A stretch of DNA of 61,566 bases, counting the filler, from Globobulimina sp. (lineage: Eukaryota), in the NCBI GenBank assembly GCA_003354225.1. It is 15 parts of 15 records of this genome, joined end to end, with 100 filler letters (N's around TTAATTAATTAA, not from the genome) between each part and the next. Parts side by side here need not be neighbours in the genome. Positions count along the whole stretch, not along the records: positions 1 to 4,015 come from PIVH01001737.1; positions 4,116 to 8,130 come from PIVH01001738.1; positions 8,231 to 12,243 come from PIVH01001739.1; 12 more parts are not named here. One strand, 5' to 3'. Shown piece by piece: positions 1 through 9,310 of the stretch. Each line of letters begins with the position of its first letter. Positions within the stretch are counted from its first letter, which is position 1. A program made the translations under genes and the position numbers. The notes under the pieces were generated by a model. The model searched no databases and was not told the DNA's origin. It was given only the letters and a program-made list of their open reading frames with translations.

Positions 1-387
1 ATCACAGAGAGTCATGTAATAAATGATCCGGATAAGGCATTTCGTATCATAGATCAATTGGACAGCTATGGTATCAAATTGCTGATTGATGACTTCGGTA
101 CAGGGCATTCTTCGCTCAGCTATTTACAACGATTCCCAAGAGGGACAACACTTAAAATAGATCAGTCTTTTGTTCAAGATCTGACAAAGAATGAAAAAAG
201 CACAGATATGATAAAAACGATTCGAAAATTGGCTAACAATCTTGAAATGGCGGTCGTTGTGGAGGGAGTCGAAACAAAGGAAGACTACTTGATTTTAAAA
301 GAGATTGGGTTAACAAAAATGCAGGGATTCTATTTTTGCAAACCACTTACCTCTAAAGAATTTGAACAAAAATTTTTTATCGATTAA
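1..387 (+). CDS. Bacterial EAL-domain (c-di-GMP phosphodiesterase) protein, C-terminal fragment
   Basis: Open from base 1: ITESH...IDDFGTGHSSLSYL...LKIDQSFV...VVVEGVET...MQGFYFCKP, the canonical EAL C-terminal motifs. 5' truncated. Confidence 0.95.
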   Translation: MTESHVINDPDKAFRIIDQLDSYGIKLLIDDFGTGHSSLSYLQRFPRGTTLKIDQSFVQDLTKNEKSTDMIKTIRKLANNLEMAVVVEGVETKEDYLILKEIGLTKMQGFYFCKPLTSKEFEQKFFID

Positions 388-429
388 CCCCCGTCTCCCC
401 AATTAATTGCCAATCCCAGTTTTATCATT

Positions 430-915
430 TCAGCCAACTCCTTTTTCAATTTTTTCGATCAGTATAGGCAAATCAATGAGAGATTGATTGATTCCTTCAA
501 TATCGAAACAATCCCCATAGTCCAATAGTTGTTTGGAAAACTCGACCAATAAATCCACATGATGATTTTGGCCAAGTTCTTTTAAACGAATCCCCAGCTG
601 TTTAATTTTGTTCATATCCAGAGCGCCTACTGAACTTGTTTTAATAGAGGTGGTGATTTCATTTTGCAAAATGTCCAGGAGTTCGGATTTTCTTTTGATC
701 GATTTGGTCGAGAAGTCTGACAGAGTTTGGAAGTGATCTTTTGGTTTTTCAACCTGTTTCCGGATGTTTTTCTGTGGTAGAAAACGAGATAACTCCTTGA
801 GCAAACCTGTAATCGTGATCGGTTTCGATAAATACCCCTCGATTCCGCATTCTTTGGATTTCTCGATATCAAGGTTTTTCGCTGATGCAGATAAAGCGAT
901 GATGGGAATTGATTT
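430..915 (-). CDS. Bacterial hybrid histidine kinase/response regulator C-terminus (distal half of a receiver domain plus helical tail)
   Basis: TKSIPIIALSASA...GYLSKPI is the REC beta4-beta5 region with the conserved KP. Convergent with the EAL gene. The N-terminal half of REC is replaced by unrelated sequence. Confidence 0.85.
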   Translation of the reverse strand, partial: KSIPIIALSASAKNLDIEKSKECGIEGYLSKPITITGLLKELSRFLPQKNIRKQVEKPKDHFQTLSDFSTKSIKRKSELLDILQNEITTSIKTSSVGALDMNKIKQLGIRLKELGQNHHVDLLVEFSKQLLDYGDCFDIEGINQSLIDLPILIEKIEKGVG

Positions 916-1356
916 TGTTGACCAGGTAATTTCAGAGTTTAATGTAAATGATTCAATGTCTGAGGGATCGATGGTTATATTTGCTGTTTGTGGAATATTA
1001 TTCCATTCGATAATAAAGGAATGAGTGTCGCGCGTAATATCAATGCCTTCTTCTTTTGTGATTGAATTAATCCGCGTTGAAGTGGTGTCAATATCTGATG
1101 AAAATTCTAATACATCAGCCGCATATAAATCGCATTGTATTTCATCTGAAAATAGTAATTCATCGATATCAAATGTTGCACAAAAGCTTGTTAAATCTTC
1201 ATTTCGCAGAGTTAATAATATTGCATTTTGGGAGGTTAATGATTGAATATTTACTATTTCGGGATAACTTAAAGTTGGACTACATGCTTTGGTCAAATTG
1301 AATGCCAATGCGAGGGAACATAGCATATACTTCCAAAGCGAAAGCATGTTAAACAT
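916..1356 (-). CDS. 5' part of a eukaryote-type secreted hypothetical protein, fused in frame to the bacterial REC fragment
   Basis: Signal-peptide-like start MLSLWKYMLCSLALAFNLTKAC. More AT-rich than 430-915. Divergent from the PEBP gene. Confidence 0.55.
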
Positions 1357-1392
1357 ACACTATTTTCGTCTGACCACTGCACACTTCGCACC

Positions 1393-1959
1393 ATGCTTCC
1401 GTTGCTTATTTATTTAGCTTTGTTATGGGTTGGAAATGTAGAAAGTTATAAGAGCACAATGACAAAATGCTATGGTTCAGGAACATCAGCGGCCTTAACA
1501 TTAGTTTGGACAGACAATAATAAACAATATACATTAACACCATCAACAGCAGGGACTACATTCAGTCCCTCTGAAACGGCAAATGAACCAAACGTAACAT
1601 GGAATTCAGCCAATGATAAATATTATCATTTTCTAATGGTTGATCCAGATGCACCAACACCACAAAGTCCAAGCATGTCAGACATTATTCATTGTATGAT
1701 TACTAATATTAAAGGTGGCAGTAATAATATCAATGAGGGCACTGCAAAGGAGCCGTATATGGGTCCGTCACCTCCCTCTGGCTCTGATGCTCATCGTTAT
1801 TGTCAGTTCATGTTTGTGACTGATGTGGAGATCTCATATGAAACACCACCGAATAGATATAATTTCAATACCACTGCATTTGCAGAAATGATTAATGTGA
1901 CTCAAGGCGGAGCTGTCGAAGGTTCAACGTATTTTATGGCACAACATGTTGACATATAA
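1393..1959 (+). CDS. Secreted phosphatidylethanolamine-binding protein (PEBP/RKIP family)
   Basis: Motifs MVDPDAP, IIH, YMGPSPP and HRY; hydrophobic N-terminal signal peptide. Confidence 0.92.
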   Translation: MLPLLIYLALLWVGNVESYKSTMTKCYGSGTSAALTLVWTDNNKQYTLTPSTAGTTFSPSETANEPNVTWNSANDKYYHFLMVDPDAPTPQSPSMSDIIHCMITNIKGGSNNINEGTAKEPYMGPSPPSGSDAHRYCQFMFVTDVEISYETPPNRYNFNTTAFAEMINVTQGGAVEGSTYFMAQHVDI

Positions 1960-2402
1960 ATTTGTAATACATTATTTATTCAATAACATATTATAAACAA
2001 CAATAAATTCTTAACGTGCGTTCTTGCTTAGATTATAGTTATAAAACAACTGCGTCTCGGAAAAAAATAAAATAGTAAGTTAATATTTATAGTTATATAT
2101 TCGCATTCATTTTTATTGCTGCAGTTTCTGTCATAGCCATGGATGCATAGAGCTGTGTTATATGGAGTTAATTATATATAAAAACAATGTTTTTCTTCAT
2201 GTAAATTGGTTCAACAGACCGTAAACGAAGACTATGAGACACGAAATGTTTGTGGTTGGCATTAATCTAACAAAAAAACTATAGTCGCAAGTCAGAAAAA
2301 AAAATTAAATCATCCTCATTCATAAAATTATCAACACTTAGAGCACATACAATTGCATGTATATATTACAGATAATTAATACTTAAAAATAAATAACAAT
2401 AT

Positions 2403-4015
2403 TTACCAATCCGTTTCCCCATCATAGTGAACTCTACTTTTGTTTGCATTGACATCATTATTATGGTTACTTAAATCACTGTCGCTCTCAATAATATATT
2501 CCTGTCCAGATGTTACCAGTTGCACAGAATCGGAATCATCGCTTGGTACACTATTGTTATTATCCCCTCCTTCAATTACAATTTCATCATTGATGATATT
2601 ATTGTTTGCGTTCGAGCCATGTGTCAGAGCATTATAATTATCAGAATTATCACTATCTTCGTTTATAACTTCATCATCATTCCCAATCATTATTTCGTTG
2701 TTTTCATACGATGTTTTAGATTGAAACACTTTGCCGATATCGATATCACTGCAAAACGTGTTTGAAAGCGAATCAATTTTCTCAACCATAGGGTTTGCCT
2801 TCCTTTCTGACGCAACATCAGCAATACACGTATTTCGTTTATTTGTCACATAATTTGATGTCAACTCACTATATATATATATTTATGGATTTATATCTAA
2901 AATCCCTGTATAAAAATGTACAAAATTCCATATGAATTATTGATATTTTGTACATTTTGCAGGGATTTGACGCGTTTTTAATTGAAAAAGGTATTTACAT
3001 GTTAGCACCATATCTTTTCTGCATAGTTTTATCTTTTCTGAGTTGTTTTGCACAGCAAATGCACAGAAAACAGCAGAGTAGAATTACTGTTAAAATCATT
3101 ATCAAAATTAATGTAAACGGTTCAAGCGTATCAATGTTAAAATTAGTTCTGTCGTCTTGGTCATATCCGGTGCGCTTTGCTTGCGTAGTCTGTGTTGTTG
3201 ATTCCAGGCCTTCGCCATTCAACGTTGGCTCTTTTATCGATATTGAGCCAGAAGATGGATTGTTGGGTGCCAGCGCTGTAGGATATAAACTTGGTGTTAT
3301 TGTTGGTTCCAATGTTGTCGGCTGTAATGTGGTTGGATATGCTGTCGGATTTATTGTGGTCGAAACAGGTGTTGTTGGGATCGATGTGATTGGGGCATAT
3401 GATGGAGTTGCGGTTGGTATATTTGTTGGATTTACTGTTGGAATATATGTTGGATTAACAGTTGGAATATACGTTGGATATATAGTTTGTAGAAAGGTTG
3501 GATTTGTAGTGGGCGAATCTGTTGGTTGTGGATCATTACATTTAATATTGCCATTTGGATCGCATATCCATTCACTGCTTGCTATGCTGCAACTTGCACT
3601 GTAATTTGCTTCACAATGCATTGTTCCATAGTAATCATTATCTGTTTTTTGATTTGTCTTAAATTCTATATCCTGAAAACCATTTATTGCGTAAAATGCC
3701 AACGGATAACCTGCTGTTCCGAATAAACCTTCATCACCTTTAATATTAACAGATTAAATATTAATTTCCTGTGCTTCAAACATGGAGTATACTGTCATTG
3801 CGTTTTGTGTGTTTTTTAAAATGTTTTTCACACAGAATACCGTAACAAAACGTTTACAAACATGTACACCAAATATATTTACCGTTGATTGTACATTGCG
3901 GTGTTCCTCCAACATTTGGGGGGCAATATACTGTGATACCTCTGCAGGTGGAGGCTCCTGTGATGCAGTCTGCTAATACCAATCTATTCGTTTTTGCTGC
4001 ATCGATTGTGATCCT
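2403..4015 (-). CDS. Cys-rich, PT-repeat type I membrane protein (intron-containing, 5' truncated)
   Basis: Cys-rich module (CRGITVYCP; GTMHC...SC...WIC), PT/NPT stalk, TM helix LILIMILTVILLCCFLCICC, and an acidic/Asn-rich tail in ORF 2403-2864. Exon boundaries approximate. Confidence 0.7.
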
Positions 4016-4115
4016 NNNNNNNNNNNNNNNNNNNNNNNNNNNNNNNNNNNNNNNNNNNNTTAATTAATTAANNNNNNNNNNNNNNNNNNNNNNNNNNNNN
4101 NNNNNNNNNNNNNNN
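4016..4115. other. Artificial contig spacer (44 N + TTAATTAATTAA + 44 N). Others at 8131, 12244, 16357, 20469, 24581, 28692, 32803, 36914, 41024, 45134, 49243, 53351 and 57459.
   Basis: Identical 100-bp blocks with stops in all six frames. Intervening contigs fall in length from 4015 to 4008 bp. Confidence 0.99.
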
Positions 4116-4483
4116 GCTAGCCGCTGCAGCTCCGCTTGGGCCTGTTTTTTAAGTGAACGTAATTGCGCGTTTTGTTCGGATTCAGTTTTTTTAGTTTTTT
4201 TTTTATTCTTATCGATGGAGGTCTTTTTTTTTGGTGGTTTATTTTTATTTTTATCTTTACTTTTTTTGGTTTTTTTGGCATTTTTTTTATTAGGTTTTAT
4301 GTCGTTGTTTTCTAATAATTCATTAAGGATTACTTTATCAGGTTTATGGCGGTAGGCGGGATCTGCGCCAATACCAAGCAACGCGACTAGAGATGGTGCG
4401 GTTTTGAGGAAGCGACTGTGTGCTGTTTTATATTTCTTTAATTGAGGCGGATTCGATTTTTTTTTGGCTTTTTTATTGTCCAT
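4116..4483 (-). CDS. Lys-rich hypothetical protein, 3' truncated
   Basis: ATG-initiated ORF running into the spacer; low-complexity basic sequence. Confidence 0.5.
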
Positions 4484-4513
4484 TGTCTACTCACTAAGGC
4501 ACTGAGCGATAAT

Positions 4514-5439
4514 ATGAATAAAGAAAAATTGACTGTATATGGTTATGAAAGGAAATACTATAATTATACGCTACCGTGTCGTGTGACGGATTTGATTGTA
4601 TTTTATTACGATACATGTTCAATTTATTTAGATATTGGATCATATAATGTGCATGGATGGGAAGATACAGTAGTGATTTTAATCCAAATGTATTAAAAAT
4701 AATGAAAAATATTAAAAATATGAACATTGATATATTGGGACTATGTGAAGCAGAAAGAAGAGCGCGTACAATATATAATGAATCACTATTAAAATGGGAG
4801 TGGATGGATGCTTTTGATTATTTGAAAAAAGAAATAAATTTCATTGATATTTATGAAGCAAAGAAAGTGAATGAATTTCCCTATAGAAACGATACGTGTT
4901 TGGCTACAAAATTTAAAATTATAAAAACAGTAAATTGCTCACAATTTAATATTATTAATTTTAGAGATATAGATATAGGAATATTTACAGTTCATTTTGA
5001 TTATGAAATGGAGTCAATTCGCTTGATTGAATTCGAAGCAATTACCAAATTAATTAATATATACAACAAAGATTTATGTTTGATAATAATGGGTGATTTT
5101 AATGCATTGAAAAGAATGGATTATAATGTTATAAAATGGCAAAAAATATATAATATTCGACAAGAAAATAAATGGGAATTGCCACGAACAAAACTGATGG
5201 ATATAATTGAAAATAAATACGCATTTTATGATTGTTTATATCTACAAAAAGATAAAGAAAATATAAATAACCTAAGAAAGTATAATATTGATACATGTCG
5301 ATATAAAACAAGAATTGATTATATTTATGCCAATAAAAATATGTTAAATGCTTTTGATGTCATAAAATATGATCATTTTCATTTTAATCAAGCATCTGAC
5401 CATAAAATGGTTAAAGTTACGTTCAAATTCAAACAATAG
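4514..5439 (+). CDS. Endonuclease/exonuclease/phosphatase (EEP) family protein with an apparent frameshift near 4665
   Basis: IGSYNVHGW lies in one frame. DILGLCE, VHFD, MGDFNA, RIDYIY and SDH lie in another frame. Confidence 0.85.
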
Positions 5440-5507
5440 AACGGAATGATAAAAACTGAATCATTTGTACTGAATCACTTACAAAAACTTACCAATACAT
5501 TTAAACA

Positions 5508-8130
5508 ATGTCCTCTTCACCACAATCAGAGTCGCTACAATTACCAGCATCACCACAATCACCAGCATCACCAGCATCACCAACGATAGAATTAAGCCGT
5601 AAAAAAAGAGCTAAAGTCACAAGAGAGCAACGCGATTCACATCATGACTGGCAACCAAATAAAAATACATCACTAATTGCGAGCGCCGATTTATATAATG
5701 ACCATTCATGCACTGATAAATGTTGTCATTTCTTCAATAAATTGCCCATGTTATCACCATTTGGACCGTTCCGTTGTACGTGGGATATATTGGTGATGTT
5801 TATGTTAATATATACCTCTTTGGAAGTGCCTTTTACTTTGGGTTTTGGCATTGACTTAAAATTAACTGGAAGCTATTACCAATTTGGTATTATCGCATTA
5901 ATTATCGATTTATGTTTATTATGTGACATTGTATTAAATTTTCGCACTGCATATTTTGACAAATATGACGATTTACGGCTTATTACAAACGCAAAACGCA
6001 TCGCCATTCGATATTGCAAAGGCTGGTTTTTGCTCGATTTACTCACTAGTTTTCCATTCGAGTTCATTTTACCCGAAAACAATGGGTCCAAAAGCAGCTT
6101 TGCTGCCTACCTCAAAATATTCCGCATCTTCAGATTGTTTCGTATATTTAAGGTACATTACATGTATACATCACACACATTTTTATAGTTTGTATACTGT
6201 GCATCGACGCTAATTGACGCAAATCTATCCAACTGTTTCCTAAACAACACATTCGCATAAATTTGCACCAATTTCCCCCTCATTCCCCACTAAAACACCA
6301 ACGTTCCACGTATACTGTACAGATATTGCGGTTGCTCAAAATGGTGAAATTATTCGACGGCTTCGTGTCCAACGTGATCGCGCGCGAACTCTTAATGGCC
6401 ATCCGGCTGTTCAAAGTCTTGTGTTTTGCCTTGCTATCGGCCCATATGTGCGCGTGCTTGTGGTACTACACTGGCTGCCAAGCACACGACACCTACGACA
6501 CTTCGTGGATAGACGATCAAGACATCATATCCGCGCAATGCGGCATCACCGGCAGCGGCACCGACATCGAAGACGACAGCACCTTATTCGTGCGGTACTC
6601 GTCCAGTTGGTACTGGAGCGTAGTGACGCTATTCACGACGGGCTATGGCGACATTATCGCGACCAATCCGTACGAACAGTGGATCGCTTCCGTGGTCATA
6701 CTGATTGGAACGTGCTTATTTGGCTATTTTGTGGGTACCATCACCTCCTTAATCACCGAAGGCGATAAGGTGAGCTCTATGATCGTGAATAAGTTGCAAG
6801 ACGCTCAGCACTTTTGTCAACAGAAAAAGTTGCCGCGAGACATGGCGCGCGCTGTGTTGACGCATACTCGCTATCATTGCAACAATAATTATGTGTTGGG
6901 CGACGAGAGCGAGGTTTTGAGCAATTTGCCGTCGTATTTGGCCATGGATGTCTCGCTGTACATTTCGAGGAAGTATTTGGAGCATTTGGATTTTTTGGGC
7001 AATAAATATATCGATCCCTATATCCGCGGCTTGATCGCGTTGAAAATGAAGTCGATTTCGTGCAACAAAGGCTACAAATTGTTCGTTAAAGGCGATGTCG
7101 CGGAGAAGCTCTATATTCAAAGGATCGGCAAATCGGATCATTTTATTTATGATCGCAAAGCCAAGAAAAAACATAGGAAACCGTTTAAAGAGAAAATCAA
7201 ACGAGGTACGATGCGTTTTTTCAGTTTGAAACTGAAACTGAAAAACCGCTCACTTTGAAACTCGAAAAAAAATAAAATTCCAAAAAAATACAAAAACACT
7301 TCCGAAAGATTTTCAGTTTCAAACTGAACCGTTTTTGCAGTTTTTGCAGTTTGAAACTGACATATTGGCTGTACGCAGGTGACGTGGTGGGAGAGTATGC
7401 ATTCATTGACAAAATCCGAGATTCGACACTAATTTGCCAGACTTGGTGCGAGTTTTACGTGTTGGACGTGTCTGACATCAAAGAGATATTGGAATTGCAT
7501 TACGGTTCGGCGTGGCTCAAAAAGTACAAAGCGATGCAGAAATTTATCCGCAAAGAATATTCCAAACCGATCCGAAAACGCAAAAAACGGCATTGCTTAT
7601 TGACTGACAATCCGTTATTACCGTCATTCCGCCAAAGCGGCCCTGGCGACGAAGACGAAGACGACGCCGATGGCTCCATTTTGGGCTCGCAGGAAGGTGC
7701 CGGGCAACAAGGACATTGTGACTGGGGCAACGAAGCAGAGATTGCCGAGTTTCGCTCATTGCGCGATTTGGAAAAGATGACCAATGAGGTCCTGAATGCC
7801 AATGCCAACGATTTGAATAATAACAATGTCAGTTTTGGGCTGAATGCGTTGTCCCGCAATGCGGTGAAAATCACAAAATTGACCAACGCGTACGATAAAA
7901 ATCGCATTTTTCTCAAGAAGAAGATGCGAAATCCATTGATGGTGACTTCCGACGCGATGGTTGCGACCAAGTCATTGTTGCGAGGGCTGACGCGGCAAAA
8001 TTCATTTTTTAGGGATCTTGAGGTGACTAAGGAATACACGGATGCTCATAATAGTAACTCTGACACTTCGTCGTCGACGGACGATGAGGTGAAATATGAC
8101 ACATATGCGGATATCACGCGTGCGGAGGAT
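5508..8130 (+). CDS. Cyclic-nucleotide-binding-domain K+ channel (EAG/HCN/plant AKT-like); introns 6153-6322 and 7206-7378; 3' truncated
   Basis: S1-S4 with RIFRLFRIFK|ILRLLK voltage sensor, TTGYGD pore, C-linker and CNBD (KRG|DVVGE). GT-AG introns restore the frame. Confidence 0.93.
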
Positions 8131-8373
8131 NNNNNNNNNNNNNNNNNNNNNNNNNNNNNNNNNNNNNNNNNNNNTTAATTAATTAANNNNNNNNNNNNNN
8201 NNNNNNNNNNNNNNNNNNNNNNNNNNNNNNTGCGGTTGTTTGCCGAAATGTTGTATGTATAAAAACTAAAAAGGAATCCATGGCAATAGTGAAGTCTGTG
8301 AAGAAGCAAAAAGTAAACGATGGCGACGAGAAAAAAAAAACATGACGGTGATGACACTGTCATTTCAGCACTA

Positions 8374-8910
8374 TTACCATTGATTAAGTAAACAAGCAAT
8401 GGTTACAATATCATGATCGGTTAATCCATCAACATCTTTTATATCAATGAAATGATTTAATGCAACATTCGATGGAACGTCTAATTTTTTCGATAAACTC
8501 ATACAATCCAACACAACAAATGACTCCACAATATATTTTTTTCTAAAATCTGATAAATGTTTTGTTATTTCTTTCATATTTTGTATTCGTAAAATATCAT
8601 TCGACTGCTCTGACTGCTCCATGTTGTTATCTTTTACAGATAATACAATTTTACATTTTGTTTGTTTAATAACATTTTGTAATCTATGTAATATATTTTT
8701 AATGGGTATATTCTTTCCAGCGATAAACAATAATTTAATTCTCGGTAAACTATCCATTTTATTCTTCAATTTATGCTCAACACTCCAAATTCCAGACTTT
8801 TCTTCATGAACATTGTGTTTTGCACTATTATCTGTTTCAGATTTTGCCAACGGATTCAATTGTTGTTGTTTGTGAGGCGCAGGTTGTTCTTTTTGTGATT
8901 TAGCAGACAT
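8374..8910 (-). CDS. Degenerate HAD 'Swiss Army Knife' (HAD_SAK_2)-like protein
   Basis: LQNVIKQTKCKIVLS...FVVLDCM...GLTDHD resembles HAD_SAK_2. No DxD motif I is visible. Confidence 0.5.
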   Translation of the reverse strand: MSAKSQKEQPAPHKQQQLNPLAKSETDNSAKHNVHEEKSGIWSVEHKLKNKMDSLPRIKLLFIAGKNIPIKNILHRLQNVIKQTKCKIVLSVKDNNMEQSEQSNDILRIQNMKEITKHLSDFRKKYIVESFVVLDCMSLSKKLDVPSNVALNHFIDIKDVDGLTDHDIVTIACLLNQW

Positions 8911-9310
8911 TGTGGATGACTAGATCCGATCCCTTCAGATTTCAAAAACAAACCATCTGTTAAGACTGTATAGGAGACCGCCAATCGATACAGCTGTCAG
9001 AAAATGACCATGAAATTCGACTGACGTTTTCGTGTGCAAAACTTGTCTTGTTTTTAATGAAATTTGCAATTGAATCGTTAGAACGATTGAGTTATATATG
9101 TAACACCGAAAAAACAGTCTGGAAAAGTAAAAACATATCATTCTATAAATGTTCGTTATCTAAGTAAAAAAAAACACTAGAGTCGCACTCAAGGTCTTTA
9201 ATGACTACACTGTCGAGTTTTAACGTTTTTCGTCGAAAGAAATTTGAGTAAAACGTAAAAGTTTAATGCCGTGTTTGAAAACAATCTAAAAATATTCGGA
9301 ATTATGGCAA

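Noticed and set aside
430-1356. Novel secreted receiver-domain protein
   Set aside because: The receiver domain is only half present and composition changes at the junction, so a chimera explains it better.
2948-3604. Val/Gly-rich ORF (also 30154-30399)
   Set aside because: Antisense shadow of PT-repeat coding sequence.
4016-4115. Regularly spaced TTAATTAATTAA motifs flanked by N, every ~4.1 kb
   Set aside because: Artificial six-frame-stop linkers between length-sorted contigs. Gene neighbourhoods across them are meaningless.
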